Virus record (IMG/VR): IMGVR_UViG_3300049171_000185
Location: 1 to 34,043 of that record
Source: a virus
Lineage: Duplodnaviria; Caudoviricetes
Reading direction: 5' to 3' (one strand)
Length of the DNA: 34,043 bases
A program made the position numbers and the translations under genes. Of this stretch, positions 18,839-26,275 are shown piece by piece (the first letter of the stretch is position 1; every line of letters starts with the position of its first letter). Below the pieces are notes generated by a model that was not told where the DNA came from, ran no database searches, and saw only the letters and a program-made list of their open reading frames with translations.

Positions 18839-20293
18839 TCAGTAGGTCGAAATCACGACCGGCTCGTCGTGATAGACGATCTGATCGTCGATATCCGGGT
18901 ACACGTCGGCAAAGCAGAGCATCAGCCCCTCCGCGGGGTCGGGGCTCTTGACGCCGCGTTTCCGGGCCTCCTCTTTCGACTCGATCACGACCCGGCCGCG
19001 CGAGTCGTGCTTGTACCGCACGCCCGCCGCCTGGCTGACGGTGATGTCATCCGACAGGCGGGTCACGTCGTCCGCCTCGAACCACTCGCGGAGTCCCCAG
19101 TAGAGTTCCGCCTTGAGGTTGGCGAATCGCTCGCGGTCTCGCGGGGCCTCGCCCACATTGACGTCAATCACGGTGTAGCCAGCGTCCTCGATGTGCCGGG
19201 CCATGTAGTAGCCGATACCGATGGAGTCGACGTTGACCTTCGCGATGTTCCACCGTCGCAGTTCAGCAACCACTTCACCGCGAGGGTCCGGGGTTGCCCA
19301 GGCGATCGGTGGATGGACGTGGCCGCCCTGCCGGATGTACAGGACCGTCTCGTCCTCGCCTGGACCGGCCACGTCAAGACCGGCGATGGCGGGCGCATGG
19401 GGATCGGGCAGCGCACCGCCGTCCCGACCTGCCCGCTCTAGCCACGCCAGGGACAACAGTGCATCCTCGCTCTGTTTCGGGAACTGTCCCCGCACACGGG
19501 ACTGCCAGAGCGGCGATCCTTCCCCCCAGGCATGGAACTTCTCCCAGACCCACCGCCGCGTGACGAGATAGGGGCGGGGCGATATGGCCAACCGGGGATC
19601 GTCCCCGGCATCAACCGGAATGGTGCGAAGCTCCTCGAGCGGGAACCCATCGAGGTTCGGTGTCGCGAAGGCGTCGATGGTGTATGTCTCATAGAGATGC
19701 CGCTGCGTCGTGAAGGCGTCGTGAAACGGTCCGGAAGCGATGGTCGGATTCCCGAGCATCAGGATCCTGACATCGCCGCCGGCGCGGATGCCCTCAATGG
19801 CCTCGAAGATGTCCGGTCGCACGCCGGGTGCCTCGTCAAGCACGACCAACACCGTTCCGTGAAACCCCTGGAACCGCACACCCTGATCCGTCGACAGTCC
19901 CATTGCATAGACATTCGACGATAGCTTTAGTTCCGTGTTGTTGAGCTTGCCTCCGAGCGGGTAGCGTGCCGACTCGTGAGCGGCGTGGATTTCGCCCCAC
20001 AGCAGCTTCTCCACCTGCGGCCAGGTCGGCGCGGTCGTGATCGCGATGCCCCGCATGCCGTAGACCCACCACAGCACGATCTCGGCGGCGGTGAAGGTCT
20101 TGGCGGAGGCGTGGCAAGCCTTGACGGCGGTTTGGGAGAAGGGGCGCGCCACGGACGCCATGATGCGCTCCGGCGTGCTCCACGGATCGTGTCCGAGGAC
20201 GTGGCGGGCGAACCATCGAGGATCAGCTGCTTTGGCCAGGACCGACCGGGCCTGCGCCTTCGTCGGCCGCCGCGATGGCGTGGAGGTCAGCAA
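18839..20293 (-). CDS. terL: Terminase large subunit
   Basis: Walker A-like ACHASAKT, Walker B VVLDEA, LGNP, nuclease GLDVAGPGEDET, VDSIGIG, SPD.AE. Confidence 0.95.
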   Translation of the reverse strand: MLTSTPSRRPTKAQARSVLAKAADPRWFARHVLGHDPWSTPERIMASVARPFSQTAVKACHASAKTFTAAEIVLWWVYGMRGIAITTAPTWPQVEKLLWGEIHAAHESARYPLGGKLNNTELKLSSNVYAMGLSTDQGVRFQGFHGTVLVVLDEAPGVRPDIFEAIEGIRAGGDVRILMLGNPTIASGPFHDAFTTQRHLYETYTIDAFATPNLDGFPLEELRTIPVDAGDDPRLAISPRPYLVTRRWVWEKFHAWGEGSPLWQSRVRGQFPKQSEDALLSLAWLERAGRDGGALPDPHAPAIAGLDVAGPGEDETVLYIRQGGHVHPPIAWATPDPRGEVVAELRRWNIAKVNVDSIGIGYYMARHIEDAGYTVIDVNVGEAPRDRERFANLKAELYWGLREWFEADDVTRLSDDITVSQAAGVRYKHDSRGRVVIESKEEARKRGVKSPDPAEGLMLCFADVYPDIDDQIVYHDEPVVISTY

Positions 20294-20720
20294 AGGTCAG
20301 CCCCTTTACGTCGTGCTCATGCTTTTCGGTGTACATGCCCTTGTTCTGGCCCAGGAGCTTCAGCGCCTCCATCTTGGCCCGGGCATCCATCCTGGCGGAC
20401 AGGATGGGGTTGCCGTTGTCGTCCTTGCCGAACCGGCGAATCTCGACCTCTTCATCGAGATCGCGCATCGCGACGTCGGTCAGCTCGTGCAGGATCTCGG
20501 TGGCGGTCAGGGTCTCGGCGTCGAGGATCTCATCGATACGCGCGCGTACATGCGGAGTGTTGCGGAGTTGGTAGCCCAGATCATTGGCGTTCTTGGTCTT
20601 GTATCCAGCCTGAAGAACCGCCTTGGACGCGTTGAATCGCGCCGTACCTACATAGGCACGAACGAACGCTTCCTGCTTGGCCGTCAGTTTCGATTGTTCG
20701 GGGGAATCCGGGCTCGCCAT
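20223..20720 (-). CDS. terS: Terminase small subunit
   Basis: LTAKQEAFVRAY...NASKAVLQAGY...KMEALKLLG motifs; upstream of terL. Confidence 0.92.
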   Translation of the reverse strand: MASPDSPEQSKLTAKQEAFVRAYVGTARFNASKAVLQAGYKTKNANDLGYQLRNTPHVRARIDEILDAETLTATEILHELTDVAMRDLDEEVEIRRFGKDDNGNPILSARMDARAKMEALKLLGQNKGMYTEKHEHDVKGLTFADLHAIAAADEGAGPVGPGQSS

Positions 20721-20763
20721 CGAACACCTGGGCGCACTGCGCCTGATGATCGGTAGCCCCTGA

Positions 20764-20791
20764 ATGATAGCAAATTACGTGCGACTCACAA
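20764..20791 (-). promoter_or_regulatory. Candidate late promoter for terS operon
   Basis: Minus strand TTGTGA-N16-TATCAT with TG extension (TGcTATCAT), about 45 bp upstream of terS. Confidence 0.5.
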
Positions 20792-20794
20792 ACC

Positions 20795-21115
20795 TTGACC
20801 TGTGGACCTCAAGGGAACCTTCCCCACCGCTTTTCCTGTGCGCGCCCGCGCGCGTAAGCCCTAGTAGGAGGTCCACGAGGTCCACAGGTCCACCGAGGTC
20901 TCGAGAACCCTATGATTTCAAGGAAGAATACAACCCTGCACGATTGACCTCAAGGTTGTTGAGGTCAAAGAGGTCCACCGTGTTACGGGTGAGTTGCTGG
21001 TGGAGCGTTACCAAACTGGGTGCGACTCCGTAAATTCCGTGGCGTGGAACACTCGCGATATATCGTTGCTGTGAGAATTTTAGCGAGGTCCACACGAGGT
21101 CCACACGAGGTCCAC
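20795..21115. repeat. GAGGTCCAC iteron array (candidate replication origin or packaging site)
   Basis: Perfect GAGGTCCAC at 20868, 20877, 20970, 21085, 21096, 21107 and inverted at 20802-20810; near copies at 20885 and 20895; inverted repeat TTGACCTCAA-N5-TTGAGGTCAA at 20944-20968. Confidence 0.85.
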
Positions 21116-21128
21116 CAGCTTTCCGGCG

Positions 21129-21157
21129 TTGCAGGCCTAGAACATTTGTTCTACATT
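21129..21157 (+). promoter_or_regulatory. Sigma70-type promoter overlapped by LexA (SOS) box
   Basis: TTGCAG(21129-34)-N17-TACATT(21152-57); palindrome TAGAACATTTGTTCTA at 21138-21153 with core GAAC-N4-GTTC. Confidence 0.8.
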
Positions 21158-21218
21158 GGTCCCGTGATCATTGGACCTATCCCAGACAAGAGTACGTGGG
21201 GGTACTGCTGTGGACCCT

Positions 21219-21593
21219 ATGGATATCACCCTACATACCATGATCGAGGACACCGCCGAGGGGACGGTGTACCAGCGTCGCGTCCGCAAGCGCGTGGCGG
21301 ATGGAGCGGCGACCGTCGAGATGTCTGTTCCGGGGAATCCGGTACCGCCCGAGACCGTCGCGTCGACCCATCCCGAGGTCATTCGGCACGAGCTGCGCCA
21401 GTACGTCAGCATCAAGAACCAGGAAGCCGCTCTGCGCAGGATGCCGGAAGCGCGACGCCGGAAGGAGGAACGCCGGCTGCGACGCCGCCTGGAGGAGGAA
21501 CGCCGGACCCGGGAGTGCCAGAGCTGCGATGGATCCGGGTGGGGCCGGGACCATGAGGGCAACCAGGTCGAGTGCCCGGAGTGCAATCCGTGA
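21219..21593 (+). CDS. Hypothetical protein with C-terminal C4 zinc finger (candidate SOS-induced regulator)
   Basis: 124 aa from MDITLHT; Arg/Glu-rich helix then CQSCDGSGW...CPEC; first gene after the LexA-box promoter. Confidence 0.75.
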   Translation: MDITLHTMIEDTAEGTVYQRRVRKRVADGAATVEMSVPGNPVPPETVASTHPEVIRHELRQYVSIKNQEAALRRMPEARRRKEERRLRRRLEEERRTRECQSCDGSGWGRDHEGNQVECPECNP

Positions 21594-21608
21594 AATGGGA
21601 GCAATGAC

Positions 21609-21902
21609 GTGGCCTATATTGAATGCGAACTGGACGACGACCTCTTTCCGCTCCTGATGTTCCGGCTCAGGGTATCGGAGGAGGCGCTGGTAACGGAATC
21701 GCGCTGGCTTAACATCGACACGCTCACCCAGTGGCGCAAGGTCAAGGGCAGTGAGCAATGGATTGAGCTCATTCCCCAGGCGGAGGTCACGTTGCGCCGG
21801 CCGGACAAGACGAGGGAGGGCCTGATCCGGATACGCTGGGGTGAGATGTCGCGGGGACCATGGCGGCAGAGACGGCTAGAGGGGCGGGAGCTCCACGAGT
21901 GA
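21609..21902 (+). CDS. Hypothetical protein
   Basis: 97 aa, GTG start with GGGAG RBS, 15 bp after previous gene. Confidence 0.7.
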   Translation: MAYIECELDDDLFPLLMFRLRVSEEALVTESRWLNIDTLTQWRKVKGSEQWIELIPQAEVTLRRPDKTREGLIRIRWGEMSRGPWRQRRLEGRELHE

Positions 21903-21921
21903 GGATGGCCGCCCCAACCGG

Positions 21922-22176
21922 TCATTCTGATCGTCCGGTTCTGCTCCGCCGCCGAGGGGCAGGTGCCGCCGTTCGTGCCGTAACCCAATATTGCCCGCCA
22001 TGGTCAGGACGGGGTCGTCGCTGCCTTGCAGGAGCATCGTCGGGAAGCTGAGCGGAGTGCTTCGTTGCCCGGCCGATGCGTGGAGCAATGACCTGGAACC
22101 ATAGTATGAGCAGGCCAACCGACAGTGGCACGGAGGCCAGCAGCAGGATTATCAGCGCGAGATCGAGCAGGTCCAA
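21922..22176 (-). CDS. Small single-pass membrane protein
   Basis: TTG start at 22176 after GGAG; hydrophobic LALIILLLASVPLSVGLLILWF then basic tail; 84 aa. Confidence 0.5.
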   Translation of the reverse strand: MDLLDLALIILLLASVPLSVGLLILWFQVIAPRIGRATKHSAQLPDDAPARQRRPRPDHGGQYWVTARTAAPAPRRRSRTGRSE

Positions 22177-22432
22177 AACTCCACTCCGGCGTGCAGAGCG
22201 AACGCCCACCAGCCATGGAGCTCGCGTGATGTATCGTCTTCCCTGTTCGAAATCATACGTGAAGGGAACGGTTACTGACGAGGAGGTGTGCAGGCACATC
22301 GTCTGGGAGCCGGAGACCGACCGGGTGCGGATCTCCGGGACGAGGTAGTGGCTGGGGAAATGTGTCTAGCGGGGGATCATGGTCGAACTGCTACAATGCC
22401 CGAAGTTTCGCCCTTCGACGGAGGTGATCCAC

Positions 22433-22702
22433 GTGGAGTCGACCACCAGAAACGAGACTCTTAGCCTTGAGCAACTGCAGGAAGTTGTATTCTTGTGCGT
22501 GGCAATCCTCAAGGGACATCACGAATCGTTGCAGGAGGACGCAGGGCTTTACTGGTGGAGGAAAGATGAGAAGTGGCAGGAGCAGATGGGACGAGCAGAT
22601 ATCGCCCTCTCAAAGATTCAAGCCGTTCTTGAGACAATTAACCGTCCACTTGCTCCAGAGATTCCCGCACCATCAATCTTAGCGTCTGTCGCAAGAGATT
22701 GA
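22433..22702 (+). CDS. Hypothetical helical protein
   Basis: 89 aa from GTG 22433 with strong GGAGGTG RBS and upstream extended -10 TGCTACAAT (22389-22397). Confidence 0.65.
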   Translation: MESTTRNETLSLEQLQEVVFLCVAILKGHHESLQEDAGLYWWRKDEKWQEQMGRADIALSKIQAVLETINRPLAPEIPAPSILASVARD

Positions 22703-23570
22703 GTGCCTCCAAGGCGTGTTCTGGAACGGCTGACTGCATCGCCTGATGTGACGCTTCCGACATTTTCCGGCTCTTGCCGCGTTGCCCGTGGGCGATATAC
22801 GACCGAGACTCGTAAATGGCATCGACGGCACTCCGCAGACGATCTCGATCCGCCTCATTGTCTCCAAGGTAGTAGGCGAGGGTGTTGGAGAGCGTAGCCT
22901 CAACGCGCTCGGCCTGACCTCCTGGTAGATATAAGGCCTCCAACCCAATACAACAGTCCATGAGCATTTCATCACCCGGATCGCCTGTCCATACCGCCCG
23001 GGCTAGACGCTTGCACGCAACAATGATCGCCGGAGACCGGGTTTCTTTCGCCAGCATTCTTTGAAATGTATTCGGCAATCGCGCGGCGATCAAAGGTGTG
23101 ATCCGCAAGCCGGGCCCAACCCACTCAGAGGAAGGGTGGGCAACATGCTGCACGATGCCCCTGGGTACGTCGGGGATTCCAGGGGCAAGGATTTTGAAAC
23201 GCACATTGTCAAATCTGGCGTAGGCGTCTCCCTCAATCAGAAGGGCCCATTCTAAGGCTTCAATAATGGGCTTCCAAGGAGCATCGATCACTGGTCCTGC
23301 AAAGTGGAAGTCACAAAAAATCGTACCTTCGACAACAGGACCGTCGGCAAGCACCGACTGACCGAAGAATGGCAAAGGGTTATCTCTACCCGTCCGGAGA
23401 TCGCGAGCGAAAAACGCGACAACCGGTGGGAAATCGGACTCACCTGGCGGTCGAAGTACGAGATCATCATCCAACTGAATTGGGTTGTCGATCGATTCAA
23501 GATTGTAGAACCGGGCCTGGAAGACGACCGAGTTTCGCTGCTCTGCGCCTTGCGCGTGCGTAACCGTCAT
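22638..23570 (-). CDS. HEPN-domain protein (ApeA-like HEPN), putative RNase/anti-phage effector
   Basis: 310 aa; IGLEALY...YESRSYIAHG containing RxxxxH (22788-22805); GGAG RBS; visibly lower GC than flanks. Confidence 0.8.
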   Translation of the reverse strand: MTVTHAQGAEQRNSVVFQARFYNLESIDNPIQLDDDLVLRPPGESDFPPVVAFFARDLRTGRDNPLPFFGQSVLADGPVVEGTIFCDFHFAGPVIDAPWKPIIEALEWALLIEGDAYARFDNVRFKILAPGIPDVPRGIVQHVAHPSSEWVGPGLRITPLIAARLPNTFQRMLAKETRSPAIIVACKRLARAVWTGDPGDEMLMDCCIGLEALYLPGGQAERVEATLSNTLAYYLGDNEADRDRLRSAVDAIYESRSYIAHGQRGKSRKMSEASHQAMQSAVPEHALEALNLLRQTLRLMVRESLEQVDG

Positions 23571-23622
23571 TGATGGCTCCGATCAGCCTAACTGATGCAG
23601 CACTATCAGCTGGAACCCGGAA

Positions 23623-24027
23623 TTAAGTCGAGGCGGCATCCTCCCCCGTGATCTCCGCGTCCAGCTCGGCATCGAGCCGGGCCTGTTCCCTGGCGAGTGC
23701 CCGCAGCTGGTCCACCAAGCCGATCATCCATTCCGGGTGCGCGTCCCAGTCGATCGCGTCGATCAGGCCGCGCATTGTCGCGTAGTTGCTATTCGGATCC
23801 GGGGCGTCACCAGGCGGGAGTCGACCGGCTGCCTCGTAGACCGTCGCGACCGGCAGATTGAGTCCTTCGGCAATCTTCGCCATTGAACTCGCACTCGCAT
23901 TTCGCGTGCCATCGATCCAGTGTCGTAGGAGACCGTGCCGAACCCCCATTTGCCTCGCGGCTTCAGTAATGCCCCAGCCGCGCGTTTCGATCTGCTCTTC
24001 CAGCCACGCCCCGAAGGGATTCGACAC
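23623..24027 (-). CDS. CI-like XRE-family repressor
   Basis: Start refined to GTG 24027 (MSNPFGAWLEEQIETRGW...EAARQMGV...HWIDG...KIAEGLNL); divergent from cro-like gene; no S24 peptidase domain. Confidence 0.85.
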   Translation of the reverse strand: MSNPFGAWLEEQIETRGWGITEAARQMGVRHGLLRHWIDGTRNASASSMAKIAEGLNLPVATVYEAAGRLPPGDAPDPNSNYATMRGLIDAIDWDAHPEWMIGLVDQLRALAREQARLDAELDAEITGEDAAST

Positions 24028-24070
24028 ATTTGCCCCCGTTTCCGCCTCGGATGAAGCTGATGTTATTTTC

Positions 24071-24105
24071 TTGACATCAGACCCATAAGGGTCTATATTG
24101 GACCC
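24071..24105 (+). promoter_or_regulatory. Early lytic promoter with operator
   Basis: TTGACA(24071-76)-N17-TATATT(24094-99); palindrome AGACCC-ATAA-GGGTCT at 24079-24094. Confidence 0.85.
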
Positions 24106-24357
24106 ATGAGCAGTGAGACCCGATACACAACTCGGTCGTTGGCGGTCTTTCTGAAGGAGCGAGGCATCAAACAGCGTTGGCTCGCTAATCAGATTGGCGT
24201 CACTGAAATGCAAGTGAGTCGATGGGCGCGGGGAAAGTCCACCATTACGGAGGACCATGCCCGGAGCGTCGCAACAGTGCTTGGCGTTCCTACCTCAATG
24301 CTCTTTACGGACCCATTTGCGTCTATATCGGACACTACATCGGTGGAGGTCGCATGA
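24106..24357 (+). CDS. Cro-like XRE HTH regulator
   Basis: 83 aa; LKERGIKQRWLANQIGVTEMQVSRWARG...VATVLGV. Confidence 0.9.
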   Translation: MSSETRYTTRSLAVFLKERGIKQRWLANQIGVTEMQVSRWARGKSTITEDHARSVATVLGVPTSMLFTDPFASISDTTSVEVA

Positions 24358-24662
24358 CCGATATCACTCCAGCCGCCTTGCGGCCACGAACGATCCCCCT
24401 CGAAGAGGTCGCCGAGCTTCTCGGTCTATCGGTGCAGGCGGTCAAGCGGTGTATCGCCGCCGACGAAGAGGAGTCCATGGCTGGAAGCGAGAAGGGCCAC
24501 ATGAAGCTGGCCTATCCTGCTCGCCCCGACAGCATCCGGCGCATTCCAGGTGGTCGTCGCGATGGCGCGAGTTACTTCGTCCTCCGGCAGCCATTCGACT
24601 ATCACACCGCCATTTCGTCTTCCGAGCCCATCACTCCCATTCGCAAACGCAAGACAGGCTGA
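24354..24662 (+). CDS. Excisionase-like HTH DNA-binding protein
   Basis: Start ATG 24354 (GGAGGT RBS, ATGA overlap); IPLEEVAELLGLSVQAVKRCI. Confidence 0.6.
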   Translation: MTDITPAALRPRTIPLEEVAELLGLSVQAVKRCIAADEEESMAGSEKGHMKLAYPARPDSIRRIPGGRRDGASYFVLRQPFDYHTAISSSEPITPIRKRKTG

Positions 24663-24670
24663 TCCGCACC

Positions 24671-24738
24671 GGGGAGCCCTCCGGAATGTGTTTCCAGCCC
24701 GATCGGTAGCAACGATCGAGACCACCGCAGGGCTCCCC
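24671..24738 (+). other. Predicted structured RNA element in early-operon intergenic region
   Basis: 10-bp closing stem GGGGAGCCCT/AGGGCTCCCC enclosing GGAA/TTCC and CGATCG/CGATCG hairpins. Confidence 0.45.
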
Positions 24739-24899
24739 CGTACAGAGCAGTTGGCCCATCGAAAGCGAGGTCACCATGAGTACCCAATAACCCCAGATAT
24801 GCCAGCAACGAAACACCGGGTGGGGCAGGGACTCGCCAGCCCCACCTTGAGGATACCGACCCACAACCCCCGCGAATCAATGCACGAAAGGCACCCCGC

Positions 24900-25166
24900 A
24901 TGTCGATGCAACCACGTATCACCACGGTGATCGTGACTCATTTCGAAACCCTCACCGACCGAATCACGGAAGCGTTCGCCGATGGGGTCGTCACTCCGGA
25001 CGAGTCCCGTGAGATCGCCGCCCTGGTCGAGCAGGGACACCAAACGGCGATGCAGGCCGACGATGGCATCCGGCTTGGCGTCGCGCTCATCCGCGGCGGG
25101 ACCGGCTCCACCCACGTCAAGCGGTACGCCGCCGACCGCGACCTGGTCGAATCGCTCGCCTCTTAA
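24900..25166 (+). CDS. Hypothetical protein (helical, possibly phage regulatory)
   Basis: 88 aa; GAAAGG RBS; AFADGVVTPDESREI motif. Confidence 0.7.
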   Translation: MSMQPRITTVIVTHFETLTDRITEAFADGVVTPDESREIAALVEQGHQTAMQADDGIRLGVALIRGGTGSTHVKRYAADRDLVESLAS

Positions 25167-25173
25167 CGCGAAA

Positions 25174-25198
25174 CGCTCTCCGCTGTGAACGGAGAGCG
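25174..25198. terminator. Hairpin, possible weak terminator
   Basis: CGCTCTCCG-N7-CGGAGAGCG; only short A/T flanks. Confidence 0.45.
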
Positions 25199-25236
25199 AT
25201 TCAAATGCTTTGCCTGCCTAGAAAAAAGGATACACC

Positions 25237-25536
25237 ATGGCTGGACTCCAAACCCTCAATCGCCTCACCCCAATTCCCTGCGGCCGCTGCGGACGCACCC
25301 TCATCGACCAGGACTCGATCGCCCGTGGGTACGGGCCGGAATGCGCCCACCTGATCGCGGTGGAGCAGGCGGAAGCCCAGCGCTTCCCCATCCAGTCCCG
25401 GGTCCGGGCCGAGGGCAACACCGGCACGGTCGTGGGGTATCGCTCCGACGTGCCGAAGCCGTTCCGGGTCTCGTTCCGTGGCTACGCCGCCAGCTTCCGC
25501 GCCGACGAGCTCGAACCGATCGGCGGTGCGGCGTGA
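25237..25536 (+). CDS. DUF6011-like zinc-binding protein with C-terminal SH3-like segment
   Basis: CGRCGRTLIDQDSIARGYGPECA motif; AAAGGA RBS. Confidence 0.75.
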   Translation: MAGLQTLNRLTPIPCGRCGRTLIDQDSIARGYGPECAHLIAVEQAEAQRFPIQSRVRAEGNTGTVVGYRSDVPKPFRVSFRGYAASFRADELEPIGGAA

Positions 25537-26240
25537 CCGAGACCACCTTCAAGGTCGGTGACCGCGTGCGCCCCCTTCCTGGGTGCCTCTATGCCGGAAC
25601 TGTTCTTTCCATCACCGAGGTCATTCCAGGTAACCCAACCACCTATGAGCTGTCGTCTGACTTCGGCTCTGTTAGTCGCGACTACTGGGACGACGAACTG
25701 GAGCTCATTGATGCGAGTCCTGAAGTGGACGGAGCCGACTCCGTCGCAGTGTCCGCCGGACTGGCGGGATCACCGGATGACGACGCCAGCGGCACCGGGA
25801 CCACCGCTGAACCTGAAGCCGAGAAGCGCACGGTTTACCTCACGGGTGAAGGCGCGACTCAGGCGATTGAGACGCTGACCGAGAAGGTCGACCGGCTCTT
25901 CCGCGGGTCCAAGCTCCAGGGCTTCATCAACGACCTCAACAGGAAACGGTTCGAGCGGCTGGTGTCCGACATCGAACTCATAGGTAGCGGGGTCGCGACG
26001 CTGGCACGAGAGCCCGGGCACACCACCACCCGTCGGATGCGGGTCAACATCACGAAGAACACCAAGGGCTACAACCACGACACCACGTTCGAAATTATCG
26101 CCACGGATCCCCGGACCGATCTCCAGCTAGAGATGACGGATGGGCTCCGCCTCGCCGACCGGCTCGCCCGCCAGGCAATCACCGAAGCCGAATACACCGA
26201 CGAGCACGGACTTCCCGGAGAAGACGACAAGCCGTTCTAG
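25533..26240 (+). CDS. Hypothetical protein
   Basis: 235 aa from GTG 25533 (GTGA overlap); FKVGDRVR N-terminus; ends EDDKPF. Confidence 0.75.
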   Translation: MTETTFKVGDRVRPLPGCLYAGTVLSITEVIPGNPTTYELSSDFGSVSRDYWDDELELIDASPEVDGADSVAVSAGLAGSPDDDASGTGTTAEPEAEKRTVYLTGEGATQAIETLTEKVDRLFRGSKLQGFINDLNRKRFERLVSDIELIGSGVATLAREPGHTTTRRMRVNITKNTKGYNHDTTFEIIATDPRTDLQLEMTDGLRLADRLARQAITEAEYTDEHGLPGEDDKPF

Positions 26241-26275
26241 CACGGGGCCGGGCACCCGACCTCCAAGGAGTCACC

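Noticed and set aside
20096-20119. TerL Walker A reads ASAKT rather than GKT, suggesting inactivation
   Set aside because: AKT/AKS variants occur in terminases and all other motifs are intact; this cannot be called a defect without an alignment
20795-21115. Repeat array as CRISPR
   Set aside because: Repeats are only 9-11 bp, irregularly spaced and in both orientations, with no unique 25-40 bp spacers and no cas genes
21020-21556. 178-aa alternative-frame ORF, or a leaderless GTG start at 21164
   Set aside because: The overlapping frame 21219-21593 has a clear zinc-finger motif and more protein-like composition
24028-24258. N-terminal extension of the repressor as called in the ORF track
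   Set aside because: It would run through the operator/promoter and overlap cro on the opposite strand; the HTH begins at GTG 24027
24671-24745. tRNA gene
   Set aside because: No TTC-containing T-loop or proper cloverleaf; kept only as a generic structured element
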